In this document: one piece after another, positions 9,946-19,114 of the stretch
How positions within the stretch are numbered: position 1 is the first letter of the stretch
How the letters are laid out: every line of letters begins with the position of its first letter
Source: an uncultured virus (IMG/VR IMGVR_UViG_3300031687_001200)
Lineage: Duplodnaviria; Heunggongvirae; Uroviricota; Caudoviricetes
Reading direction: 5' to 3' (one strand)
Virus record (IMG/VR): IMGVR_UViG_3300031687_001200
Length of the DNA: 64,000 nt
Position numbers and translations under genes: made by a program
Notes under the pieces: model-generated
Seen by the model: the letters and a program-made list of their open reading frames with translations, nothing else
Databases searched by the model: none
Told to the model about the DNA's origin: nothing

Positions 9946-11238
9946 CTAAACAATACCAGCTCTTCTTTTTAAATCTGTTATGTCTTTTGCTTCATACTGT
10001 GCCATTTGAGCACCCATATCAGCATTATCTATTATTTCTTCAACAACACCTTGAATTGCTTCTTCTCTATCGTCGTCTGCATGTTTGCCATGCATTGCAC
10101 ACCATTCGTTAAGCTCTTGATCAAACTGTTGTTCGCTCATGCCTAAGTATTCTGATAACCCTCTTTCTCCATGGTCATCATATACTTCCATAGCGGCATC
10201 AAACATAGTAGGCTCACCCCTTGGATCGAAACTTTCTTTTTCAGTAGCCTTTTTAAACTTTGTTGGTTCTGGTCTCCATTGCTCTTTGCCAGTGCCTTTA
10301 CACTTTTGACATTTGCTAGGACCGTCTTCTGAATGAGCATCTATCTTTCCTCTACCGAAACAAATGTGACAATCGTCGCCTTCTTTTTCTTCAAGCCCTG
10401 ATCTCTTTCTTAAATTATTTAATTCAGCTTCTTCATGCCATGAAGCTTTGAGTTTATCTTTTCTAGGATAGCTGGGAGTAGATTTTTTCATTTGATTGTT
10501 CCTGATTCTCATTAGGTCTTTGCCCAACTTAGTTGATTTGTCTGCTTCTTCACCGTCTAATGATTTAAACTTCTTAGAGGTTTTGTCAAACTTAAATTCT
10601 TTACCACGTTGGTCTTTAACTGTGTCTGCAACGCCAACATCTTTGTATGCTCTTTCGCCTAAATCTCTGTGAATGTAACCATCTTCTTCACCAGTACCAC
10701 CACAAGCATCACAGCCTTCGCCTTTGCAAAGTTCACATTTCGGAAGTACTTCGTCTTTGGTGTTTTCTGTTGTTTCTTTGTAGTTGAGTAAAAAGTCTGC
10801 TACATAACCACTAGCGTCTCTTGGGGCAATTTCTGGATACAGTTGTTTAAGTATGTCACTTAATGCAAATGCATTGAATCTTCCTGTCTTTACAAATTCA
10901 TCATGTAAACGTGGAAGTATTTTTTTAATTTGTTCTTCGCTTGGTACTGGTTGTTTGGGTGCTGATTGCTTTAATTCATCTGCCCAAGTATTGTCTCTGA
11001 TCTCACCTTCGTCACATGCATAATTCTGCATGCCTGTGCAACTATCTTCACCGTTCTCATCATCACCGTCCATATATGAACTACCTGAACATTCAGGACA
11101 AGTACCATCTTTGATTGTGTCGTGTTGATGTTCATCATAGCCATCTAATGCGTCTTGTAAATCATCTTGCCAGGTCGGCCCTGTATCTACATCATCAGTA
11201 GCTTCTGTATACGATTCGAATAAATGTTGTAATTTCAT
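9946..11238 (-). CDS. acidic modular putative head protein with several CxxCxGxG zinc-fingers
   Basis: MKLQHLFE start, CPECSG, CELCKGEGCDACGGTG, CHICFGRG..CQKCKGTG, LRKRSGLEE, ends LKRRAGIV; late promoter (GATAAATA) upstream. Confidence 0.6.
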   Translation of the reverse strand: MKLQHLFESYTEATDDVDTGPTWQDDLQDALDGYDEHQHDTIKDGTCPECSGSSYMDGDDENGEDSCTGMQNYACDEGEIRDNTWADELKQSAPKQPVPSEEQIKKILPRLHDEFVKTGRFNAFALSDILKQLYPEIAPRDASGYVADFLLNYKETTENTKDEVLPKCELCKGEGCDACGGTGEEDGYIHRDLGERAYKDVGVADTVKDQRGKEFKFDKTSKKFKSLDGEEADKSTKLGKDLMRIRNNQMKKSTPSYPRKDKLKASWHEEAELNNLRKRSGLEEKEGDDCHICFGRGKIDAHSEDGPSKCQKCKGTGKEQWRPEPTKFKKATEKESFDPRGEPTMFDAAMEVYDDHGERGLSEYLGMSEQQFDQELNEWCAMHGKHADDDREEAIQGVVEEIIDNADMGAQMAQYEAKDITDLKRRAGIV

Positions 11239-11284
11239 AATAATACTTCCTAAACTTTAACAAGTATTTATCACTTTTATGAAA

Positions 11285-11491
11285 TTATTCGGATTCTTTT
11301 GCAGTCCATACTAAGTCTACACCACGCCTAACAAGTTCGTTACGGCATTTCTGCTTAACTTTGTTCTTTTGCCCTTCGTTTATGTATTTAACTAGTTCTT
11401 CTTTAGACTGTTGCTTAATATAGTTGTGAGTTGTTACTTTACCTTTGCCTTTAACAAAAGTAGTTTGTGATGGTTTAAATTTTACTGGCAT
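11285..11491 (-). CDS. small basic hypothetical protein
   Basis: 68 aa, ACACGGAG RBS, ATAAATA late-type promoter upstream. Confidence 0.7.
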   Translation of the reverse strand: MPVKFKPSQTTFVKGKGKVTTHNYIKQQSKEELVKYINEGQKNKVKQKCRNELVRRGVDLVWTAKESE

Positions 11492-11545
11492 GTTGCTCCG
11501 TGTTGTTTTACAAGAAATATTTATGCCTGGATAAAGTTACAGATA

Positions 11546-12127
11546 CTATTTAATGAGTGCATTAATGCCAATCACTTGATAACCTATTAATCTAGAGTCA
11601 GATTGATCTACACTGAAGTCTATGTCGTGCCTAGTATTCCAACTATTTAACATAAACACACCTGTCCCGGCTTTGGTAGGACTAGAGTACCATGGATCTT
11701 TATCGTCCCAATTATGTGACCAGAAATTTGTACTACTGTTTTCGGGGTTGTCTTGTAAATTTATAATTAACACTCCAACAACCGTTCGGTTATCTAAATG
11801 CCGAGACATTTTAAAACCTGGAAAATCATTTATTACAGTTAAGTCTTTAACTCCAACTTGTATACCCTCCATTCTTCCCATCCATAGCGGTTTAACTGTT
11901 GGAATTTCTTCAGCCTCTTCACTTAAAAATGTTTCTAATTGTTGGGTATGATTTTTCCATGCTTCTAGAAAACTGTCATTATCTATTTTACATAAACGCC
12001 TTAGGTCTTTAACAGGATTGTTATTACCTTGATCCAGTATACCGTCATGTTGCCAATCTACAGTAGGCAAATCAAAATCTGTAATTTCCCAAACGGGTAC
12101 GTCAGTGTTTATATGTGTCATCTTCAT
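11546..12127 (-). CDS. 2OG-Fe(II) oxygenase superfamily protein
   Basis: MSRHLD (HxD), GVFMLN..TRHD, downstream R. Confidence 0.7.
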   Translation of the reverse strand: MKMTHINTDVPVWEITDFDLPTVDWQHDGILDQGNNNPVKDLRRLCKIDNDSFLEAWKNHTQQLETFLSEEAEEIPTVKPLWMGRMEGIQVGVKDLTVINDFPGFKMSRHLDNRTVVGVLIINLQDNPENSSTNFWSHNWDDKDPWYSSPTKAGTGVFMLNSWNTRHDIDFSVDQSDSRLIGYQVIGINALIK

Positions 12128-12139
12128 ATTGTTATTTAG

Positions 12140-12334
12140 TTAGTCTATCCCGTTGGGATATTGTTTGTTGAATTCTTCGTTGGTCCACATGTGTAGTTCT
12201 TTATATTTGCGGAAGTGTGGTATCTTAGCGTATGTAACATAATCTCTATCACAGTTACTACACCATTTTTCTATAGAGTGATGACATTCAGGTAGTTCAA
12301 ACCCTTTGGGCAGTACTATCCCATTTAAATCCAT
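12140..12334 (-). CDS. small hypothetical protein
   Basis: 64 aa, in operon, Cys/His cluster CHH..WCSNC. Confidence 0.5.
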   Translation of the reverse strand: MDLNGIVLPKGFELPECHHSIEKWCSNCDRDYVTYAKIPHFRKYKELHMWTNEEFNKQYPNGID

Positions 12335-12337
12335 ACA

Positions 12338-12625
12338 TTACTCTTTTTGTTTTTTCTTTTTGAGGTTAGCTACTGTGTTATGTAATACTTTTGTTTCAAG
12401 TTCTAAATCTACAATTCTCTTTGCTAGTAATGGGTATTGTGATAACCATTTATCTTCTTTGGATAAAATTTCTAAATGATATCTGTGAGCTACCCAAGCC
12501 ATTAATCTATCAACATGCTTTTGGAACCAAACACCTACTTTAGTGTTCTTAAACCATGCATAGAAACTACTGCCTATAATGCTTGATAAGATTGCTTTTA
12601 ATGTTAGTATGAATAACCAATGCAT
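12338..12625 (-). CDS. small membrane-anchored hypothetical protein
   Basis: N-terminal hydrophobic helix, C-terminal coiled coil; AAGGAG RBS. Confidence 0.6.
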   Translation of the reverse strand: MHWLFILTLKAILSSIIGSSFYAWFKNTKVGVWFQKHVDRLMAWVAHRYHLEILSKEDKWLSQYPLLAKRIVDLELETKVLHNTVANLKKKKQKE

Positions 12626-12627
12626 AA

Positions 12628-13110
12628 CTACTCCTTAGGTACGCATTTATTTACACGTTTGCCTTTGTTCTTTCCAGTACCTTTTTGAGTACCATCTTTC
12701 TTATAACCGTCCCAGCAATCTTGTTCTTCAATTTCTTCTTCTTGTATAGGATCTAGTTGCCATTGGGATCTAAACTCGCCACCGTTTCTAGGTTGAGCTT
12801 TCATATTAATTAAAGAAGCTAACTGTCTAACTAAATCGTCATCATCGAATGCTTTATCACGTATTTTATCTACAATGTTTTTTATGATATCTGCTCTGGC
12901 GGCAACGTAAGTACCCTCATCCATATCACGACTATTATAATCATGCTTGTTGAACTCGGGTCCTTTCTTTTTAAGTTCTTTCTTCTTATCCCTATGTGTT
13001 ACTGGTCTATTGAATTTTTCAATATTCTTTGCAACAGGATTACTGCCACCGTAAGGTTTTGGTCTCTGTGGGACGCCTCTACCTTCAGTTATAATATCAC
13101 TTAGTTTCAT
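12628..13110 (-). CDS. basic/acidic modular putative head protein
   Basis: MKLSDIITE start; C-terminal CWDGYKK...NKCVP module. Confidence 0.6.
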   Translation of the reverse strand: MKLSDIITEGRGVPQRPKPYGGSNPVAKNIEKFNRPVTHRDKKKELKKKGPEFNKHDYNSRDMDEGTYVAARADIIKNIVDKIRDKAFDDDDLVRQLASLINMKAQPRNGGEFRSQWQLDPIQEEEIEEQDCWDGYKKDGTQKGTGKNKGKRVNKCVPKE

Positions 13111-13111
13111 T

Positions 13112-13582
13112 TTATACGCTCTCTAATCTAACCATTAGTCTTTCAGCACGGTTAGTTACTTGTTTGTGCCATCTACTATCTCTACCTTCGATGCCAGCTT
13201 GTTTCCAATCCTGTGCTTCTAAGGCTTTGCGAAAGTTATTAAACTTTCCTAATCTTGTTCTACCCATATTGAACATCATGTTTACTAGTACTTCTTGCAC
13301 GACCCCAGGCCAATCTGTGAAGCCATCTCCATATAATGCAACGCATTCTGAGATGCTGGTGTCAAGATCTTTTTCAAAACATGCCTTTGTTCGTTCGTCG
13401 CTGACCGGTGTTCCGACATCTTGTCCAAATTCCGGATCAGATTCAAGGACCAAGTGTCCAACTCCGAAAGTTGGGTAGCCCAAATGGTCTTTATAAATCT
13501 CATTTACGACTCCTTCGTCGATTTTCAACTGTTCGAATACTGATTCTCTATCTAACTCAGTATCTTTTCCTATACCAAACAT
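13112..13582 (-). CDS. T4-type lysozyme (GH24)
   Basis: LKIDEG..IYKDHLGYPTFGVGHL (E-x8-D-x5-T triad), NMMFNMG, SRWHKQVTNRAERL. Confidence 0.92.
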   Translation of the reverse strand: MFGIGKDTELDRESVFEQLKIDEGVVNEIYKDHLGYPTFGVGHLVLESDPEFGQDVGTPVSDERTKACFEKDLDTSISECVALYGDGFTDWPGVVQEVLVNMMFNMGRTRLGKFNNFRKALEAQDWKQAGIEGRDSRWHKQVTNRAERLMVRLESV

Positions 13583-13638
13583 ATTAGCTCCTATGTGTGT
13601 TTATTATTTGTATTTATCTGATTAAAGGAATTTAATCC

Positions 13639-13664
13639 AAAAAAAAGCACACCGTAGTGTGCTT
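13639..13664 (-). terminator. rho-independent terminator
   Basis: GCACAC/GTGTGC stem followed by U-tract on minus strand. Confidence 0.75.
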
Positions 13665-13691
13665 CTTAATTTAAGTGATTAAAATTTCTAT

Positions 13692-14279
13692 TTACACACT
13701 TCCGTTATCAGCTACTGAACCAAAGTCTTTAATGGTTAAGCTATCTGTTACAACTAGTACTGTTACAGTACATACTCCACTAGAAGCGGAACCTGTTGTT
13801 ACTGAAGCAACAATATCTGTTGCTGAACTGTACCTAGCCATGTAGTTGCTTTGGAACTGAAAAGTTTCAGTCATATCTGCATCTCCGGCTGTGAATAACC
13901 TATCCGTGTCACCTGAATCTCCAACTATAAGTGCTGTACTATCTGTTGCACTTACCCATGGACTACCGATATCAACTGTTACACCATATACCATTGCTCC
14001 TGCCGGTATTTCGAATAAAGTAGTTGATCCGCTGTTAAATTGCACTTCTGTACTAACATACTGTGCAACAGCTTGGGTAGACGCATCAAATTGTCCTTTA
14101 GTAAGGAAAGCGGAAGCAACAGTGGCGTTGGCGCCTCGCACTTCAACTAATGTTGATCCATTGTTATCTGTGAACTTGAAATAGTCTTCTGTAGTGTCTG
14201 TGAGAATTTTTAATCCGCGTTTTCCAAATTGGACAAGATTGCCCAGTCCTTTTAACGAGAAATTATTTGTATCTGCCAT
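13692..14279 (-). CDS. putative virion structural protein
   Basis: Thr/Ser/Gly-rich beta-type composition, late promoter upstream, strong terminator downstream. Confidence 0.55.
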   Translation of the reverse strand: MADTNNFSLKGLGNLVQFGKRGLKILTDTTEDYFKFTDNNGSTLVEVRGANATVASAFLTKGQFDASTQAVAQYVSTEVQFNSGSTTLFEIPAGAMVYGVTVDIGSPWVSATDSTALIVGDSGDTDRLFTAGDADMTETFQFQSNYMARYSSATDIVASVTTGSASSGVCTVTVLVVTDSLTIKDFGSVADNGSV

Positions 14280-14364
14280 TTCGTTACTCCAACGTATTTA
14301 CATAATCGATTATGTAGAAGTCTGTAAACTTTCTACAATTGTATTTATGCTAGATGTCCGCTTT

Positions 14365-15111
14365 TCAAGAGATACTAGCAATAAATTTTTGTATTGTTTC
14401 GGCGTACAGTTTACACCCATCTTTGTTAGGATGACTGTCAGTACTTGATATTTGGAAGCCGTGATCGTCTGTAGTACTTAATACTTGTAATGGTAACCAA
14501 TTATTGGCACTATTAAAACAACGTGACATAGTTTTATTAGAAAATTGCTTTTTTAGAGCTAGACTTCTATGCTCATTAAATACCGATTCACTATGTATGT
14601 CACCCCATATTACGGTAGCATTAGGATTAATTTTTTCGTAGCTCATTGCTCTCTTTACAGACTCAACAAATAAGTTGTCCATGCCAGTGTAACCATTCGC
14701 TTTAGTAGGTAATAAAAATCGTTGCATGAAATCCTTAGCAAGTGTAGATTGATTTTCCCTTAGGGAGTCTTCTAGTTCAAAGTCACTATCTAGCATACCG
14801 TTTAGACTAGTTATTTGTCCATCCTTACCAAAATATGGATAGCGAATATCAATAGTGAATCCAAATATTATTAACGGCTTTTTAAATGTACTTGTAGTTT
14901 GTAACGGTTGCAACGATATTTCTGTATTACTTGCGGCACCTCTAGATACATTAACAACTGGCACATTAAGTTCTTCTGCTAGAAAGACGGGCCAAGCATT
15001 CTGTGGCTCACGTTCAGTTGTAGTGCCATCGAAATTTGTGAAAAATTCACCCTTTCGTACAGGTCCGATAGTAAAACTATCACCACATGCAATTATTCCA
15101 TCAAAATCCAT
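14365..15111 (-). CDS. SGNH hydrolase-like protein
   Basis: IIACGDSFT, NVSRGAASN, DSHPN motifs. Confidence 0.7.
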   Translation of the reverse strand: MDFDGIIACGDSFTIGPVRKGEFFTNFDGTTTEREPQNAWPVFLAEELNVPVVNVSRGAASNTEISLQPLQTTSTFKKPLIIFGFTIDIRYPYFGKDGQITSLNGMLDSDFELEDSLRENQSTLAKDFMQRFLLPTKANGYTGMDNLFVESVKRAMSYEKINPNATVIWGDIHSESVFNEHRSLALKKQFSNKTMSRCFNSANNWLPLQVLSTTDDHGFQISSTDSHPNKDGCKLYAETIQKFIASIS

Positions 15112-15137
15112 TATTGTTCTTCCATAGCATTATTTAG

Positions 15138-15166
15138 TTGACAACCGGCATATAGTAGTGTATAAT
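15138..15166 (+). promoter_or_regulatory. sigma70-type promoter for uvsE
   Basis: TTGACA-N17-TATAAT. Confidence 0.75.
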
Positions 15167-15198
15167 TAGAGCTTAATTAATTGATATGGTATTACTAT

Positions 15199-16251
15199 AT
15201 GTTTGACACATCTCAGAAGCGTATTGGATTTTGCTGTAAGTATATGGATCCTGATCAGGACCAGAAGCCTAAAGTACTTAAAGAAATACAATCTAACTTC
15301 ACAGAACGCCAAACTACTATAACATGGCTCAACAGACAGACTAAGGCTGTTGCTGAAGAGCGTATGTTAGACATAGTTGAACATAATATGCAAAGTGCAT
15401 ATAATTTAGTAGACTATGTTAGCACACTTCCTGCAGAGCGTAGGATGGTGCGTTTAGGTAGTAACCAACTACCCGGAGCAACACAAGATGATTGGAAATA
15501 TATGTGGAAAGATCCTACTAACGTTAAAATGTTGGAAGAAGGATTTGCTAAAGTTGGACAGTTGGCTAAAAGTCGTGACGTTCGTCTTTCTTTTCATCCC
15601 GGGCAGTTTTGTGTCCTTGCTAGTGATCGTCCAGATGTTGTTGAACGTTCTGTAGAAGAGTTCGAGTATCATGCAAACATGGCACGTTGGATGGGTTATG
15701 GACAAGAGTTCCAAGACTTTAAAATTAATGTGCATATCTCAGGTAGGAAAGGTTATCAAGGAATTATCGATATATTGCCTAGATTATCTGATGTTGCAAG
15801 AAACACTATAACTATCGAGAATGACGAAATGTGTCACGGACTTGATCAGTCATTGAAGTTAGAGAAGCATGTTGCATTAGTACTAGATGTGCATCATCAC
15901 TGGATTAGAGATGAAGAATACATACAGCCTAACGATGATAGAGTTAAGCGAGTTATTGATAGTTGGCGTGGTGTACGTCCTGCTATGCATTATAGTTATA
16001 GTAGAGATCATGGATTAGCAATGGCGTTGGAAGAAGGTGAAGAAATTAATCACAATGGATTACAAAACTTACCCGCATTATTAGAAGCTGGTGCTAAGAA
16101 ACAAAAACTTCGAGCACACAGTGACTATTACCCTAACGAAGAGGCTAATGCATGGGCGTTATCCTTTTGGGACAACTTCGACATACAATGCGAAGCTAAG
16201 GCTAAGAATTTAGCATCTGAGCAACTATACTTGCAAAGTATTAATGTATAA
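15199..16251 (+). CDS. uvsE: UV damage endonuclease UvsE/UVDE
   Basis: RIGFCCK, RLSFHPGQF, INVHISG, TIENDE, LVLDVHHHW, RAHSD, CEAKAK. Confidence 0.92.
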   Translation: MFDTSQKRIGFCCKYMDPDQDQKPKVLKEIQSNFTERQTTITWLNRQTKAVAEERMLDIVEHNMQSAYNLVDYVSTLPAERRMVRLGSNQLPGATQDDWKYMWKDPTNVKMLEEGFAKVGQLAKSRDVRLSFHPGQFCVLASDRPDVVERSVEEFEYHANMARWMGYGQEFQDFKINVHISGRKGYQGIIDILPRLSDVARNTITIENDEMCHGLDQSLKLEKHVALVLDVHHHWIRDEEYIQPNDDRVKRVIDSWRGVRPAMHYSYSRDHGLAMALEEGEEINHNGLQNLPALLEAGAKKQKLRAHSDYYPNEEANAWALSFWDNFDIQCEAKAKNLASEQLYLQSINV

Positions 16252-16274
16252 CAAACATCGAGTCCGGACTCTGT

Positions 16275-16381
16275 TGTTGTTGACTGTTTGTGGAACAACT
16301 AGTTCCTTATCTATCTAGCACATCTTAATGAGAGGTGCAATATTGTACTTGTCAACTGGTTCATACAAACAGTTAATAATA
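16275..16381 (+). ncRNA. candidate rod-shaped structured RNA
   Basis: 22 bp stem 16275-16296/16359-16381 (4 G-U, 1 bulge), internal bubble, apical hairpin GCACATCT/AGAGGTGC. Confidence 0.45.
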
Positions 16382-16460
16382 TTTACAATATTACCAATGA
16401 ATAGACGAGTTATGGTGTGATTTGGTTAAATAATGGTAGTTAAACCATAGGAGTAATGAA

Positions 16461-16811
16461 TTGACATACGTTGTAAAAGGTGAGTGCGTAGATTGTAAGC
16501 ATACCGCCTGTGTCGCTGTTTGTCCAGTAGATTGTTTTTTTGAATTAGAGAACACTCTGGTAATAGACCCTGATATTTGTATTGATTGTGCTATTTGTGA
16601 ACCAGAGTGCCCAGTTGATGCAATAGTAAGTGACAGAAAGCTAAAACCTGAAGATAGCCAATGGCTTCAATTTAATGAAGATATGAGCCGAGTTGGCGCT
16701 CCTGTAATCGTAAAAGTTAAAGATCCTATGCCCGGGCATGAAGATGTAAAAATGACTGGAGATGAAGCATTTGCAAAAGCCTCAAGAATACCATTTGTTG
16801 ATATTTCTTGA
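16461..16811 (+). CDS. fdxA: 7Fe/dicluster ferredoxin (FdxA-like)
   Basis: TTG start with AGGAG RBS; CVDCKHTACVAVCPVDCF and CIDCAICEPECPVDAI. Confidence 0.9.
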   Translation: MTYVVKGECVDCKHTACVAVCPVDCFFELENTLVIDPDICIDCAICEPECPVDAIVSDRKLKPEDSQWLQFNEDMSRVGAPVIVKVKDPMPGHEDVKMTGDEAFAKASRIPFVDIS

Positions 16812-16900
16812 TAAGTAATTACTTAAACTAATCAGTTTAAGTTCTTGACATACACCACATAATCTAGTATAATATGCATATAATAAGGTAAGGTACAATT

Positions 16901-17437
16901 ATGTTTGAAACAAGTATATTAACAGCCAAAGCAATAATGTTGACTATGATGGTCGGCACTGCTCCCATGGACGTAAAGAATGTAGAAGAAACATATTGCA
17001 TGTCGCTTAACATTTACTACGAAGCAAGAGGCGAAGGTTGGAAAGGCAAAACAGCAGTAGCCCATGTAGTACAAAATAGGGTAGTACACGACAAATACCC
17101 TAACACCGTTTGCGGTGTTGTGTTACAAGCAAAAACATGGAATGACCGTGTGGTAAGAGACATGTGTCAATTTAGTTGGTATTGCGACGGTAGACCAGAC
17201 GTTGTGCAAATACGTTACAAACAGAACCCGAGACGCGGCAAAGTTATCGAAGCCAACATGCGTGATTGGAGACGTTCAGTTGAAACTGCTCTGCAAGTTC
17301 AAGCTGGTTGGAGCAGAGATGTGTCCGGCGGAGCAACACATTATTATAATCATCATATTTCAACACCTAGTTGGAGTACGGTTTATCCTACAACAACTGT
17401 TATAGAAAATCATACATTCCTTGTTAGGAACGATTAA
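16901..17437 (+). CDS. SleB-like cell wall hydrolase (Hydrolase_2)
   Basis: NIYYEARGE, VAHVVQNRV, YPNTVCGVV, CQFSWYCDG, GATHYY, IENHTF; TTGACA-N17-TATAAT at 16845-16873. Confidence 0.9.
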   Translation: MFETSILTAKAIMLTMMVGTAPMDVKNVEETYCMSLNIYYEARGEGWKGKTAVAHVVQNRVVHDKYPNTVCGVVLQAKTWNDRVVRDMCQFSWYCDGRPDVVQIRYKQNPRRGKVIEANMRDWRRSVETALQVQAGWSRDVSGGATHYYNHHISTPSWSTVYPTTTVIENHTFLVRND

Positions 17438-17510
17438 AACTATAGTTAAACGATAAATACTTCTTATACAATTTCCAGTAGGATGGAGGTTGAAATCACA
17501 AGGAGTAACA

Positions 17511-17984
17511 ATGTACGAGTATAATTGCACGGTCGTAAAAATTGTTGACGGAGACACAGTAGACGTAGATATAGATTTAGGTTTTGGTGTTCAGTTAACT
17601 GATGAAAGAGTAAGAATTATGGGCATCGACACCCCAGAGTCAAGAACATCAGATGAAGTTGAAAAAGTATTCGGTAAAGCCGCAAAGGCGAGACTACAAT
17701 CATTGATGGGCGAGACATGTGTTCTAAAAACACAAATTAATAAAGACGGCGAAGACATGAAAGGTAAGTTTGGTAGGATACTAGGCGACTTTGATGTATA
17801 TGATGTTAAAACAGATTCGTGGAGACCTGCAACATCCATGCTAATCGAAGAAGGTCATGCTGTAGCATACTTCGGCGGTAGTAAGGAAGAAGTTCAAGCA
17901 AAGCATATGGTGAACAGAGCAAAATTAATCCGTGAAGGAATAGTTGACATGACACCTGAAGAAGCTGGCATTATAAACGAATAA
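17511..17984 (+). CDS. staphylococcal nuclease-like (thermonuclease) protein
   Basis: VDGDTVDVDIDLGF, RIMGIDTPESRT, KFGRILG. Confidence 0.88.
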   Translation: MYEYNCTVVKIVDGDTVDVDIDLGFGVQLTDERVRIMGIDTPESRTSDEVEKVFGKAAKARLQSLMGETCVLKTQINKDGEDMKGKFGRILGDFDVYDVKTDSWRPATSMLIEEGHAVAYFGGSKEEVQAKHMVNRAKLIREGIVDMTPEEAGIINE

Positions 17985-18071
17985 TAACATTTACCAAAAT
18001 AACTAAGGAATTTCCTTGACATTGTCTAAATATTGCGTTATAATAATATTTAAATTTAAAAGGGATTCCTT

Positions 18072-18359
18072 ATGTTAGTAAATATAGTAAAGAAAGGCGA
18101 GATTGTTTCACTAAGACTCAGCACTGGCGAAGAGCTAGTTGGCACTCTCAGAGATGAAGATACAAAAGAAATAACTATCGAACAGCCATTAATTGTTGGA
18201 CGTAGTGAAAAAGGTTTCGGACTAATGCCGTACTTGATGACCGTAGAACAAGAGTCGTCAGTAAAAATTTCCACACGCCACATTATGTCTATTGGGGCGA
18301 CAATGGAAGAAGTTGCCAAAGGATATAAAAAACAAACATCTAAAATAGTAAGTCTATAA
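18072..18359 (+). CDS. Sm-like fold phage protein
   Basis: GEIVSLRLSTGEELVG pattern; TTGACA-N17-TATAAT at 18016-18044. Confidence 0.55.
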   Translation: MLVNIVKKGEIVSLRLSTGEELVGTLRDEDTKEITIEQPLIVGRSEKGFGLMPYLMTVEQESSVKISTRHIMSIGATMEEVAKGYKKQTSKIVSL

Positions 18360-18856
18360 TGAATAAGAGATTTTATAGCGGAAAAACGTATAGTCATTCT
18401 ACTGGACATAGTTGTGCATTTAGACAATGGAAAGCAGATAGCCATTGTAACTTAATACACGGATATGCATTACAGTTTGAATTTATCTTTGGTGGTAACG
18501 AATTAGATTCCAGTAACTGGATAGTAGACTTTGGTGGATTGAAGCCACTTAAAGAATGGTTGAAATATATGTTCGATCATACTTACTTGGTAGCAGAGAA
18601 TGATCCAGAAATGGCAACTATTCAAATGTTACAAGACAAAGGTCTTATTGACATGAGAGTTGTTTCACACACTGGTTGTGAAAGATTTGCTGAAATGGCT
18701 TTTGACAAAGCAAATGAAATTGTTAAGGAATTAACAGATGGAAGATGTTGGGTACAGAAGACCACAGTAAGAGAGCATGAGCATAATAGTGCTACTGTAG
18801 AACTTAATGACCATCAAAAGGTACATTTTGTAGATATAGACGGTACATTAGTATAA
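18359..18856 (+). CDS. queD: 6-carboxytetrahydropterin synthase / PTPS
   Basis: AFRQWKADSHCNLIHGY, WIVDFGGLK, FDHT, GCERFAE. Confidence 0.88.
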   Translation: MNKRFYSGKTYSHSTGHSCAFRQWKADSHCNLIHGYALQFEFIFGGNELDSSNWIVDFGGLKPLKEWLKYMFDHTYLVAENDPEMATIQMLQDKGLIDMRVVSHTGCERFAEMAFDKANEIVKELTDGRCWVQKTTVREHEHNSATVELNDHQKVHFVDIDGTLV

Positions 18857-18859
18857 TTT

Positions 18860-19100
18860 CTATAGTCTGATTTTTCCACGTTGCGTGGGGGTTTGTACAG
18901 ACTTTAAACAACAAAACCAAATTGGTGTCACCTTTTAGATCCAGATTCTCCTTGATTAAGTTCAAGTCGTAGAAAGGTAGTTTTGCTGACGTTAAATCAA
19001 AACTTAGTGTAGAAACAGGTGTGGTAATACTTGAGGGGCAAACAATCCTAGAGAGTTAAGACACACAAAAAAGGCGAAAGCCTTGTGTAGATAGCCAGTT
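18860..19100 (+). ncRNA. candidate multi-stem structured RNA in convergent intergenic gap
   Basis: Five or more hand-identified stems plus long-range complementarity; GAAA-capped hairpin may double as minus-strand terminator. Confidence 0.4.
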
Positions 19101-19114
19101 AGTAATAGTAAGTC

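Noticed and set aside
15109..15126. Four-codon ORF MEEQ overlapping the SGNH gene start (minus strand)
   Set aside because: Equally explained as a GGAAG SD at normal spacing
19035..19070. c-di-GMP-I riboswitch (GGGCAAAC)
   Set aside because: Remaining aptamer consensus missing and no downstream gene on that strand
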